Source of the DNA: Pirellula staleyi DSM 6068
Lineage (GTDB): Bacteria > Planctomycetota > Planctomycetia > Pirellulales > Pirellulaceae
Length of the DNA: 32,000 nt
Assembly (NCBI GenBank): GCA_000025185.1
Contig: CP001848.1
Location: 180,001 to 212,000, forward strand
Reading direction: 5' to 3'
The translations under genes and the position numbers were made by a program. This document shows positions 16,935 through 25,486 of this stretch, piece after piece; position 1 is the stretch's first letter; every line of letters starts with the position of its first letter. Below the pieces are notes generated by a model. The model was not told the origin of the DNA. It saw nothing but the letters and a program-made list of their open reading frames with translations, and searched no databases.

Positions 16935-17066
16935 GGGTGTCTACTAGCTGGCTTGTCCAGCAGTGAACCGTGCAACGGGCCGTCGACTTGAAGGAAACGG
17001 AACGATCCTGAGTGGCAGTGTCATCGGAAGATTCTTACTGCTGGACAAGCCAGCTAGTAGACACCC
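16935..17066. repeat. Perfect 30-bp inverted repeat with a 72-nt spacer
   Basis: gggtgtctactagctggcttgtccagcagt (16935-16964) is the exact reverse complement of actgctggacaagccagctagtagacaccc (17037-17066). It lies between the metG stop (17089) and the hydrolase start (16907). Confidence 0.95.
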
Positions 17067-17088
17067 CGCAATACTCCTTGAACGCCAA

Positions 17089-19179
17089 CTAATGCACGCG
17101 CATGCCGGGGACAGCGCCGCTGTCGGCATCGAGCAGGTAGACCTCGACACCACCTGGACCGCAAGCGGTGACCATCCCTTCGCTCAGCCCGAACTTCATC
17201 TGCCGAGGCTGAAGATTGGCAACCATCACCACCAATCGGCCGACGATCTCCTCGGGCTTATACGCCGCCTTGATTCCCGCGAACACCTGCCGCTTCACAT
17301 CGCCGCCGAGGCCGAGTGTCAGCTTCAAAAGCTTCTTCGCTTCTGGAACCGATTCAGCCGACAAAACGCGCGCGACGCGGAGGTCGACCTTGGTGAAATC
17401 GTCGATCGAAATCAGCTCGGTCAGCAGCGGCTCGGCTTCGAGCGCTGCGGTCGAGTCGACCACTGGGCCTGCTGGCACATCGCCCGCTGATGTTGGGGTC
17501 GCAGCGGCGCCCTCCGCTGGTGCGGCGGCAGTCGTGATCGGATCGGGCACCTTACTCTCTTCAACCATGGCGGCAATATCCTTCGGATCAATGCGTTTCA
17601 TCATGTGACTGTACGGGCCAACCGGAGTCCCCAGCAGCGGCGTTTGCGACTGGTCCCAGCTGACGATTTTGTCATTCAGCAGCACTCCCGCTTCGGCTGC
17701 GAGTTTCGGCAGCACCGGCGCGAGATACACGGCAATTTGGCGGAACAAATTGAGCCCCACCGAGCAAATGTCTTGCAGCTGCTGGGCTGCTGCAGGATCT
17801 TTGGCGAGCTTCCACGGTGCTCGTTCTTCGATGAACGGATTTGCCCGATCGGCCAGCTCCATGATGAGGCGCATCGCCCGGGCGTAGTCGCAATGTTGAT
17901 AGGCGTCGGCGATCTCTTTTCCAGCGAGCGCCGCCCGATCAAACAGTCCGCCATCGTCGGGATACACGGCGGATAGTCCGCTCGTTTGCACGAACTTGCT
18001 AGTCCGGCTCGCGAGGTTCACCACCTTGCCCACCAGGTCGCTATTGATCTTTGCCGTGAACTCGTCGACGTTCAGATCGAGGTCGTCGAGGCGCGGTCCG
18101 AGCTTGCTGGCATAGAAGTAGCGCAGTGCTGCAGGATCGAGATGCTTGAGGAACGTTTCGGCTTTAACGAACGTCCCTTTGCTCTTGCTCATCTTCTCGC
18201 CATCGACGGTCAAAAAGCCGTGGATGTGCACCTTCGTCGGCAAATTCAGCTCGGCGCTTTTCAGCATGCCGGGCCAAAAGAGGGTATGGAAATAGGTGAT
18301 GTCTTTGCCGATGAAATGATGAATCTCGGTCTCGGGATTCTTCCACCAGGTGTCGAGCTCTTCGCCGTTGCGCTTGCACCACTCGAGCGTGCTGGCGATG
18401 TAGCCAATCGGCGCATCGAACCAGACGTACCAATAGTTCCCCGGGCTGTCGGGAATCTCGAAACCAAAGTACGGCGCAGGTCGCGAGACATCCCAGTCGC
18501 GCAGCTCTTCGCCGAGGAAGTGACCCTTCAAATAGTTGGCCACTTCGTCCTGCAGATGCTTGCCGTTTTGCGTCCACTCGTTCAAAAAGCCGTGCAACTT
18601 TTCGAGCTGCACGAACAAATGCGGCGCCGAGCGCACTTCGGGTGTAGCACCACTGAGGGTACTCTTGGGATTCACCAGTTCAGCGGGCGTATAGGTGCTG
18701 CCGCACTTGTCGCAGTTGTCGCCATACTGATCCGGAGAGCCGCATTTGGGGCAATTGCCCTTCACGAAACGATCGGCCAGGAACGTCCCGGCGACCGGAT
18801 CGAACAGCTGACTGACATCTTTCTCGACAATCAGCCCCTTCTCGCGCAAGCTCCCCCAGATCTGATGACACAGCAAGCGATTCTCTGGCGAGTTCGTGCT
18901 GCCGTAGTTGTCAAACTCGATCTGAAAGCCAGCGAAGTCGCGCTGATGGGCGGCGCTCATCTCGGCGATCAGCGCCTCTTCGGTCCGCCCTTCCGCCTTC
19001 GCGCGAATCATGATCGCGGTGCCGTGCGTATCATCCGCGCAGAGGAAGATGCAGCGCTCGCCACGCAGCTTTTGAAATCGGACCCAGATATCGGTCTGGA
19101 TGTACTCCACGAGGTGGCCGATATGGATCGGTCCGTTGGCATACGGCAGGGCCGCCGTCACCAGAATCCGTTTGGTCAT
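17089..19179 (-). CDS. metG: Methionine--tRNA ligase with a C-terminal tRNA-binding (Trbp111/EMAP-like) domain
   Basis: '[17 protein letters not shown]' (HIGH motif), 'KMSKSKG' (KMSKS motif), the zinc knuckle '[18 protein letters not shown]' and a C-terminal 'VA..L.PR.M.G..S.GM' OB-fold domain. Confidence 0.95.
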   Translation of the reverse strand: MTKRILVTAALPYANGPIHIGHLVEYIQTDIWVRFQKLRGERCIFLCADDTHGTAIMIRAKAEGRTEEALIAEMSAAHQRDFAGFQIEFDNYGSTNSPENRLLCHQIWGSLREKGLIVEKDVSQLFDPVAGTFLADRFVKGNCPKCGSPDQYGDNCDKCGSTYTPAELVNPKSTLSGATPEVRSAPHLFVQLEKLHGFLNEWTQNGKHLQDEVANYLKGHFLGEELRDWDVSRPAPYFGFEIPDSPGNYWYVWFDAPIGYIASTLEWCKRNGEELDTWWKNPETEIHHFIGKDITYFHTLFWPGMLKSAELNLPTKVHIHGFLTVDGEKMSKSKGTFVKAETFLKHLDPAALRYFYASKLGPRLDDLDLNVDEFTAKINSDLVGKVVNLASRTSKFVQTSGLSAVYPDDGGLFDRAALAGKEIADAYQHCDYARAMRLIMELADRANPFIEERAPWKLAKDPAAAQQLQDICSVGLNLFRQIAVYLAPVLPKLAAEAGVLLNDKIVSWDQSQTPLLGTPVGPYSHMMKRIDPKDIAAMVEESKVPDPITTAAAPAEGAAATPTSAGDVPAGPVVDSTAALEAEPLLTELISIDDFTKVDLRVARVLSAESVPEAKKLLKLTLGLGGDVKRQVFAGIKAAYKPEEIVGRLVVMVANLQPRQMKFGLSEGMVTACGPGGVEVYLLDADSGAVPGMRVH

Positions 19180-19525
19180 GGCTACTCACAAAATGGCATC
19201 CGCGCGACGAGAAGTTCATCGCGCGACAGGGTTTAGAAGTTTCGATGGGCATTGTATCGCGATGCCGCGCAGGCCGGGAGTCATCGGGCTGCCGGCAGGC
19301 GAATCGCGACAGCGTGGATGTTGCCGCTGAACGTTTTTCGCGGTTAGTATCGTGCGGTGATGGCGAGCTTGGCTCGACTGGCGCGAGGGCGTAGAATCTG
19401 GGGGAGTTAAAGAGCCCCAGTGAAACGCATCAGCGGGCGAGCTTTGACTCCCAAGCAGAGTCCTCGCTGTTGCTGCAACCTGTTTTGCTGTTTCATGTTA
19501 CACACTATTTTCCAGGCCACTAACC

Positions 19526-20323
19526 ATGCGAATCGGCGCGGTATCGTACCTCAATACGAAGCCCCTGATCGAAGGACTCGCCGAACGGCGGAGCGACATC
19601 GACCTGATCGTCGACCTCCCCAGCCGACTGGCTGATCGCTTGGCCCGCGGTGAGCTCGATGTGGCTCTGATTCCGTCGATCGAGTTTTTCCAAAACCCTA
19701 GCTACCAAATCATTTCCGACGCCTGCATCGGCTGTCGCGGGCCGGTGATGAGCGTCAAAGTCCTCTTTCGCCGCCCCCCCGCTGAGGTCAAGACACTCGC
19801 CCTCGACGAAGGCTCGCGCACGAGCGCCGCTTTGTCCCGAATCTTGCTCGCCGAGCGGTTCGACGTCCGCCCACGGCTCGAGCCCCTGCCGATTGGCAGC
19901 GGAGCCGCCGACACCAAGGCTGATGCAGTCCTGCTGATCGGCGACCGCGCCATGCACCCGGTCGGCGAGACGTTCGTGGAAGAATGGGATCTAGGCGACG
20001 TTTGGTGCCGCTGGTCGGAGCTGTCGTTCGTCTTCGCGATGTGGGTCGCCCGCCCGGGCGTCGATCTCACCGGCGTCGACACCCTGCTCAGCGAAGCCCG
20101 CGACCGGGGCGTGGCCAAGCTCGAAGAGATTGCCCACCGCGAGTACGAGCGCAAAGGAATCACCTATGAGACCTGCCTCACTTACCTAAGAGATAATTTG
20201 TACTTCTATTTAGGAAAGCGCGAGCTGGCTGGCTTGAATTTATACTACCAACATGCCGCCGCCATGGGTCTCGCCCCTCAAGGTTTAGTATTACCCCAAG
20301 AACCTTTAATCTCACGACGATAG
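19526..20323 (+). CDS. mqnA: Chorismate dehydratase MqnA (futalosine menaquinone pathway)
   Basis: 'MRIGAVSYLNTKPL..GL' N-terminus, 'ELDVALIPSIE' and 'DLG..W......PFVFA.W' blocks typical of MqnA. 265 aa. Confidence 0.85.
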   Translation: MRIGAVSYLNTKPLIEGLAERRSDIDLIVDLPSRLADRLARGELDVALIPSIEFFQNPSYQIISDACIGCRGPVMSVKVLFRRPPAEVKTLALDEGSRTSAALSRILLAERFDVRPRLEPLPIGSGAADTKADAVLLIGDRAMHPVGETFVEEWDLGDVWCRWSELSFVFAMWVARPGVDLTGVDTLLSEARDRGVAKLEEIAHREYERKGITYETCLTYLRDNLYFYLGKRELAGLNLYYQHAAAMGLAPQGLVLPQEPLISRR

Positions 20324-20338
20324 TAGATGCCGTTTTTG

Positions 20339-20600
20339 GTAGGTCAGGTACTCCGTACCTGACAACACTACAAATCAACGTTCACTGGCCCTTTTGGCAG
20401 GTCAGGCTCCCGTCTGACATAACCCGCCTAAACATTTTAATAATCATCGGCAGGCGGGAGCCTGCCCTGCGATGTGACAACCTCCAGCGCACCATTTGCA
20501 ATTCTGTCAGGTACGGAGTACCTGACCTACAACCATACGACACATGCAAAATCGGCAGGCACTTGCCTGCCCTACAAGACTACAAGACTACAAGATAAGA
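20339..20600. repeat. Cluster of REP-like GC-rich hairpins plus an 8-bp tandem repeat in the mqnA / mqn radical SAM intergenic region
   Basis: gtaggtcaggtac-tcc-gtacctgac (20339-20363) and its exact reverse complement gtcaggtac-gga-gtacctgacctac (20506-20530). Also ggcaggc-ggga-gcctgcc (20449-20466), ggcaggc-actt-gcctgcc (20554-20571), the weaker gtcag..ctgac (20401-20418), and (tacaagac)x3 at about 20573-20596. Confidence 0.8.
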
Positions 20601-20608
20601 TCGATCCC

Positions 20609-21757
20609 ATGACTTGCACGACCCAAGAGCGACGAATTCTCGACAAAGCGATTGCGGGCGAACGTCTTTCGTACGACGATGGTCTCGCGCTCATGTCGTG
20701 TCACGATCTGACAGCGCTTGGAGCTGCAGCTGATGCAGTGACTCGCCGCCTGCATCCCGAACCGATTCGCACTTATAATATCGACCGCAATATCAACTAC
20801 ACGAACATTTGCACGGCGGTGTGCGACTTCTGCGCGTTCTATCGTAAGCCCAAGTCGCCCGAAGGCTATGTGCTTGAACGTCAAGATTTGCTTAAAAAAG
20901 TCGAGGAAACGGTCGCTTTGGGTGGCGATCAGATTTTGATGCAAGGTGGTCTGCATCCCGACTATAAGCTGGAGTGGTACGAGGAATTGCTGGGGGATAT
21001 CAAGCGAGCTTTTCCGCAAGTGAATATCCACGGCTTCAGCCCACCCGAGCTCCACGCGTTTACCAAAATCAATAAGCTACCGATCAAGACCGTGCTTGAG
21101 CGCCTCAAAGCAGCTGGCCTAGGGAGCATTCCGGGTGGTGGCGCGGAGATTCTGGTCGATCGAGTGCGTAAAGAGATCACGCGCGGGAAGGTGCTGACCG
21201 ATGACTGGCTGAACGTGATGCGTGTATGGCATGAGCTGGGTGGTCGGAGTAGTGTGACGATGATGTTTGGCCATGTTGAGACACTAGCCGAGCGTGTTGA
21301 ACACCTGGAGCGTGTGCGTCAGGCACAAGATGAAACGGGTGGTTATACGGCGTTTATCTGCTGGACGTTTCAGCCTGATCATACTGATCTTAAACATATT
21401 TCCCCGGCTGGTTCGTTTGAGTATCTCAAAACCCAGGCAGTGAGTCGGCTGTATTTAGATAATATTTCCAGCATTCAAAGCAGCTGGGTAACGCAAGGTT
21501 TGAAGATTGGTCAGCTGGCGCTCCTGTTTGGCGCGAACGACATGGGAAGCTTGATGATCGAAGAGAACGTGGTGGCGGAAGCTGGCACGGTGCACTACTT
21601 AACGCTCGATCAGATGCGTGGCGCGATTAGCGAACTCGGATTTACGCCCCGTCAGCGTAACGTGCACTATCAGCTGATGGACCCGGCCGTGGAGCAGCGT
21701 GCTGTCGAGGCAAATCGTCAGCTGAAGGTTGGTCCCCTGCTGCAGTTAGCGACGTAG
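20609..21757 (+). CDS. MqnC/MqnE-family radical SAM enzyme of the futalosine pathway (cyclic dehypoxanthinyl futalosine synthase or aminofutalosine synthase; weak lean to MqnC)
   Basis: First ATG after the hairpin cluster is at 20609 (MTCTTQERRILDKA...); the track ORF from 20474 reads through the REP-like hairpins. 'NINYTNICTAVCDFCAFY' is CxxxCxxC in the CofH/MqnC/MqnE context. 'GGLHPD', 'GGGAEI' and 'FICWTFQP' blocks are present. Confidence 0.85.
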   Translation: MTCTTQERRILDKAIAGERLSYDDGLALMSCHDLTALGAAADAVTRRLHPEPIRTYNIDRNINYTNICTAVCDFCAFYRKPKSPEGYVLERQDLLKKVEETVALGGDQILMQGGLHPDYKLEWYEELLGDIKRAFPQVNIHGFSPPELHAFTKINKLPIKTVLERLKAAGLGSIPGGGAEILVDRVRKEITRGKVLTDDWLNVMRVWHELGGRSSVTMMFGHVETLAERVEHLERVRQAQDETGGYTAFICWTFQPDHTDLKHISPAGSFEYLKTQAVSRLYLDNISSIQSSWVTQGLKIGQLALLFGANDMGSLMIEENVVAEAGTVHYLTLDQMRGAISELGFTPRQRNVHYQLMDPAVEQRAVEANRQLKVGPLLQLAT

Positions 21758-21965
21758 CGGGAGGAAGGGGCCAGGGAGCAGGGGTCAGGGGTCAGCGACT
21801 TTCTACTTTCCCGCTACTCTTCTCAAGAGCCATCTCCTGTCCCCAACTCACTTTGCCATTACTGCCTCGTCCAATCTCTGGCCTCTGGTCCCTAACCTCC
21901 GGCCCCTCACTGGCATTTCTCTGCCCGGCGGGTGTAACATTTCCCACGGCAGTGCGCTGAGCCTC

Positions 21966-23438
21966 TTGCCGCGATTCGTTTCGCGCAAGCATTTTTCAGG
22001 TCAGTTCCTGCTGCCGGAGGCCACGCTCGTGCTACGTACTCTTTTCGGTGTCGTGTTTGGTATCACTGCCCTGCTCTGGGCGACCTCGAGCGCGATCGCT
22101 GCTGATCCTGCGCCGATCAGCGGATCGATCACCCTGGCGGGCAAAACGTTCCGCATGACCCACGCGCTGGCGTACCAGTGCAAAGATGGGAGCGATCGCG
22201 ACATCATTGCGATCCTCGCTACCAACTCGCCACTCGATCCCCAACTGGTGCTCGATAGCCTGAAAGAAAACGACAATCGCGATAGCGACTTGGACATTCG
22301 CGGCACCTATTTGCGGATGCATTTCGATACCAAGGGGAAGCTCCAGTCGCTGCATACAGCGACCAACAACACCACGATCTTCAATCAGGGCAAAGGCTCG
22401 ACCACGACGTTTGAGATCAAGGGAAAATCGGTGGTCGGGTCGGTCGATTTGCCCCTGACCGACGACGATACGTTTGCCCGCGCAGTGAAGGTGAGCTTCA
22501 ACCTGCCGATCATCAATCACAAGGAAGCGGGACCGATCGAGATCAAGTACGACGAGCTTCGCGACCTCGGTGTGATCGGCAAATATCACGGCCAAGGAAA
22601 GCATATTCGGACTGCGTTTGTGAGTGCCCGCGAGATCGAAGATTTTAGTGACAAGCCTGCGATTCAGATCATCATCACTGAGAAAGATCACTCGAAGGCG
22701 AAGAACCCCGCGCTGATCGGCATCTCGGATGAGTACGGCGCGTCGCTGATTATCTCCTGCTTTCTCAATGGCGATATTTTCGGCTGCGAGGTCTCGCATC
22801 CCCGGCACGAGAAGCGTCCGTTCAGTTCGGTCGGAAGCATTTCGATGACCGAGTTTCAGATTCACGGCGGTCAGGTACAAGGTCGTCTGCAAACCGATGG
22901 CGAAGTCGAAACGTTCGATCAAACGTGGGAAGTCGATCTCGTGTTCGCTGCAAAATTTGCGGGACATTCGAAGGCTCCGAAGCCCGCTGCGCAAGTGACA
23001 ACGACCAAACCCCAAGAGAGCGACGACGACAGCGACGATGCTCCTGAAAAGGAAATGAAGCCGACGATCAAGTTGCCACCGGGAGTGAAATTGCCCGGGG
23101 GGATCAAGATTCCTGGCATCGCCGAAGAAGATGAAAAACCTGCCGGGGACAAATTGGCGGCCAAGGATCTCGCGGCACCTGCCGGGGCAAAAAACTTTGA
23201 ATACAAAAAGCTCGTCGAGCACATGAGCTACACCGTGGCAGGTGATGCGAAAGTGGTGGCCGGTGAAGTTTCGAAAGCACTCGCCGCTCAAGGCTGGAAG
23301 ACCGACGGCGCTGATCTGGTGACCCCGCAAACGGCAATTCTGAATCGCAAGCGCGGCGAAGCTTCGCTCACCATCTTCGTGAAACCGGAGGGGGACGAGA
23401 GCAAAGTTCAGCTGATCACGGAAGGACTCGCCTGGTAG
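21966..23438 (+). CDS. Secreted hypothetical protein
   Basis: There is no in-frame ATG near the 5' end. Candidate starts are TTG 21966 or GTG 22029, the latter giving a signal-peptide-like 'LRTLFGVVFGITALLWATSSAIA/ADP'. An acidic/Pro-Lys linker 'ESDDDSDDAPEKEMKPTIKLPPGVKLPGGIKIPG' lies near the C-terminus. Confidence 0.65.
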   Translation: MPRFVSRKHFSGQFLLPEATLVLRTLFGVVFGITALLWATSSAIAADPAPISGSITLAGKTFRMTHALAYQCKDGSDRDIIAILATNSPLDPQLVLDSLKENDNRDSDLDIRGTYLRMHFDTKGKLQSLHTATNNTTIFNQGKGSTTTFEIKGKSVVGSVDLPLTDDDTFARAVKVSFNLPIINHKEAGPIEIKYDELRDLGVIGKYHGQGKHIRTAFVSAREIEDFSDKPAIQIIITEKDHSKAKNPALIGISDEYGASLIISCFLNGDIFGCEVSHPRHEKRPFSSVGSISMTEFQIHGGQVQGRLQTDGEVETFDQTWEVDLVFAAKFAGHSKAPKPAAQVTTTKPQESDDDSDDAPEKEMKPTIKLPPGVKLPGGIKIPGIAEEDEKPAGDKLAAKDLAAPAGAKNFEYKKLVEHMSYTVAGDAKVVAGEVSKALAAQGWKTDGADLVTPQTAILNRKRGEASLTIFVKPEGDESKVQLITEGLAW

Positions 23439-23477
23439 AGGTGAACCTCGAGCCATGGTCCCAAGAGTCTGGCGTGC

Positions 23478-23520
23478 CATGCTCCTCTCGCGATGAGCAG
23501 GAGGAGCATGCAAAGTTTTG
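23478..23520 (+). terminator. Putative terminator of the 21966-23438 gene
   Basis: catgctcctc (23478-23487) pairs with gaggagcatg (23501-23510), leaving a 13-nt loop, followed by caaagttttg. It starts 40 nt after the stop. Confidence 0.45.
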
Positions 23521-24005
23521 CGCGTGCCTGCGATTCACATGCTTGTCCTGCTGCGTGCTTGCGCACTTAGCGGGCAAGCATGGCACCCAGCACCTGACAC
23601 TCGGCGCTCGGCGATGTCGAGTTCCCGTGGGGCACCCGACCTACGGGCTCGGCGAGATTGCTGGCAGAGACCGGTGGGACCGGCCCTACGCCAAGCGGAC
23701 GAGTGAATACGATCGGAACGCGCGAAAACTTGGGGCTAGCAAAAAAGACGCTCGGCAACAACCAGAACGAATTCTAGTCATTGCCGAGCGATCGCTTGGG
23801 GGCTGCTGGAGTGTTGTGAGATGAGTTTAGGTCGCAGCTTACGCTTGGCCTCAAAAACTTTCGCTTTCGTGGCTAAGGGGTGACTGCTGGGTTCACTTCA
23901 CAAGAGATGAAACGCTGCCGACCGCTGGTTGTTTCGCAAGTTTTCGAAGTTTTTGAGGAATTTCTCAGAAACCCTAAAATGGGTGGTATTTTTCGTGCTT
24001 ACGCA

Positions 24006-24530
24006 CTATTCAGGCTTCGCTTCAGCTGGCTTTTCGGTGGCTGGTTTTCCGGGGCCTTTGCCTTCGCCACGGGGGCCACGCTTGGGCATCGAGGCACGAG
24101 CAGCGGCTCGTTCTTCTTCGCTCAGTTTGCCGTCGCCGTCTTTGTCGAACTTCTTGATGATTTCTTCCATGTTGGGCCGACCTTCGGGACGCCCACCCTC
24201 AGGACGATTGGCTCCCATTTCGGCACGCAGAGCGGCGCGTTCCTCTTCGCTCAGTTTGCCATCGCCATCCTTGTCGAACTTCTTCATCAGCTCGGCAAAA
24301 CGTTCGCCGCCGGGGCCACCTTGGCCACGCATCGATTCGCGGGCTTTGGTACGTTCTTCTTCGCTCAGTTTGCCATCTTTATCGGCATCGAATTTCTCGA
24401 GCATCTGCTTCATCATCGCTTCGCGGCTGGGACGCTCGCGCTTGGGTGCAGGTGTTTCGTCGGCACCCCACGATACGAGGGAAGTGGAAGCTACAAGTGC
24501 CATCGATGCCAAGGCTGCAAAACGCTTCAT
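24006..24530 (-). CDS. Secreted EF-hand calcium-binding repeat protein (3 EF loops)
   Basis: ATG at 24530 gives the signal peptide 'MKRFAALASMALVASTSLVSWGA'; an alternative start lies at 24551. Three 'FD(A/K)D(K/G)DGKLSEEER' EF-hand loops. Confidence 0.8.
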   Translation of the reverse strand: MKRFAALASMALVASTSLVSWGADETPAPKRERPSREAMMKQMLEKFDADKDGKLSEEERTKARESMRGQGGPGGERFAELMKKFDKDGDGKLSEEERAALRAEMGANRPEGGRPEGRPNMEEIIKKFDKDGDGKLSEEERAAARASMPKRGPRGEGKGPGKPATEKPAEAKPE

Positions 24531-24648
24531 CTCAAGACCTTTTTCCGCCAAAAGTTATAGGGATTTACGGGAAAACTGGTTCCCGCGATAGCATCGAGGC
24601 TTGGGAAGTGTCGGCCAAGTTAGCCGAGCGATTCGATGCTACATGACG

Positions 24649-24675
24649 AAAGATCAAACACGCCGCCGGGGCGTG
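24649..24675 (-). terminator. Possible terminator of the CYTH gene
   Basis: On the minus strand, cacgcc-ccggc-ggcgtg (24675 down to 24659) is followed by tttgatcttt. The stem is only 6 bp. Confidence 0.35.
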
Positions 24676-24727
24676 GGTTTCGCAGAAAGTGAGATCTTTT
24701 TTGGGGGAGCGTGGTACGCGCGGCAGC

Positions 24728-25288
24728 TTAGCTGGCTGAAGACTGATCGAGGATCAGATCGAGATAGCCGCGGCGGACGCTGTCGGTGAGCCCGAGCGTT
24801 TGGGCGAGCGAGAGGATGGTTTGACGGGCGGCTGTCAGCTGCTGCTCGTCGACGACTCGCTCGAGTTCGACGAACCCACCGAGCCCCGCCACTTCGTCGA
24901 GCGACAGCTCCACGACTTCGCCGTTCCAGATCAGTTCGCCAGGAGTCCGCACTTTGCGCACTTCGCCGACAGCGACGAAGCCCAGATGCGACAGCAGCTC
25001 GCTGAACTGCGCGATCCCAGCATCGCCTGGAAGAATCGCTAACTCGAGTTCGCGACGGGTTTTAGTATGCGAATCGAGCTTGGGACCTTTGTAGGTGATG
25101 CAGTTCTCTTCCCCCACGGCGCGGAGTCGCAGCGCTTCATCAGTAGCGCGGAAATCTCGCGACGGATGCGAAAAATACCGATCGAGCTGCCGGAGGGGCG
25201 CGTGAAAACTTGCGCCCAGCGCAACTAATTGCGCTTTTGCGCGCTCTAAGTCGCGCGCTACGAACTTCAGTTCCACTTCCAGATTCAT
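24728..25288 (-). CDS. CYTH-domain protein (class IV adenylate cyclase CyaB / triphosphatase family)
   Basis: N-terminal 'MNLEVELKF' is the ExExK signature. 'Q.DRYF', 'EALRLR', 'ITYKGPK' and 'LDEV.GLG.FVELE' blocks are present. 186 aa. Confidence 0.8.
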   Translation of the reverse strand: MNLEVELKFVARDLERAKAQLVALGASFHAPLRQLDRYFSHPSRDFRATDEALRLRAVGEENCITYKGPKLDSHTKTRRELELAILPGDAGIAQFSELLSHLGFVAVGEVRKVRTPGELIWNGEVVELSLDEVAGLGGFVELERVVDEQQLTAARQTILSLAQTLGLTDSVRRGYLDLILDQSSAS

Positions 25289-25486
25289 GTCGCGCGTCTA
25301 CTTTCCCAAAGACTTTTTCGGTGATGACCCAACGTGTCAGCGGCGGGTGCATAATCTTCGCTGGCAAGCCGCCTCGTCGGCGGTTTTCCCTTGTCGATGC
25401 GACAGGTGTGTGGGAGACTAAACCGATTAAGCCAAACCACTGGCAGCCTCCCTTTCCCGCCCGCCACTTCCGCCAGGAAACTCGCC

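Noticed and set aside
17986-19236. 416-aa plus-strand ORF
   Set aside because: It is antisense to metG (HIGH and KMSKS motifs on the minus strand).
19180-19525. 346-bp divergent intergenic region between metG and mqnA, checked for tRNA, T-box or riboswitch elements
   Set aside because: I could trace no cloverleaf, T-box specifier/terminator architecture or other recognisable RNA motif by eye. It most likely holds divergent promoters only.
22032-23513. 493-aa minus-strand ORF
   Set aside because: It is antisense to the signal-peptide-bearing plus-strand ORF and has an Arg-rich, motif-free translation. The strand choice is less certain here than elsewhere, but plus is favoured by the signal peptide and the downstream hairpin.
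23441-23824. 127-aa ORF in the long intergenic region
   Set aside because: It has a Cys/Arg-rich, non-globular translation, it overlaps hairpin and palindromic elements, and it shows no motif. I treat it as non-coding pending a homology search.
23880-24591. Two overlapping plus-strand ORFs (226 and 220 aa) with repetitive sequence
   Set aside because: They are shadows of the minus-strand EF-hand repeat gene; their internal repeats are the reverse-complement reading of the EF-hand units.
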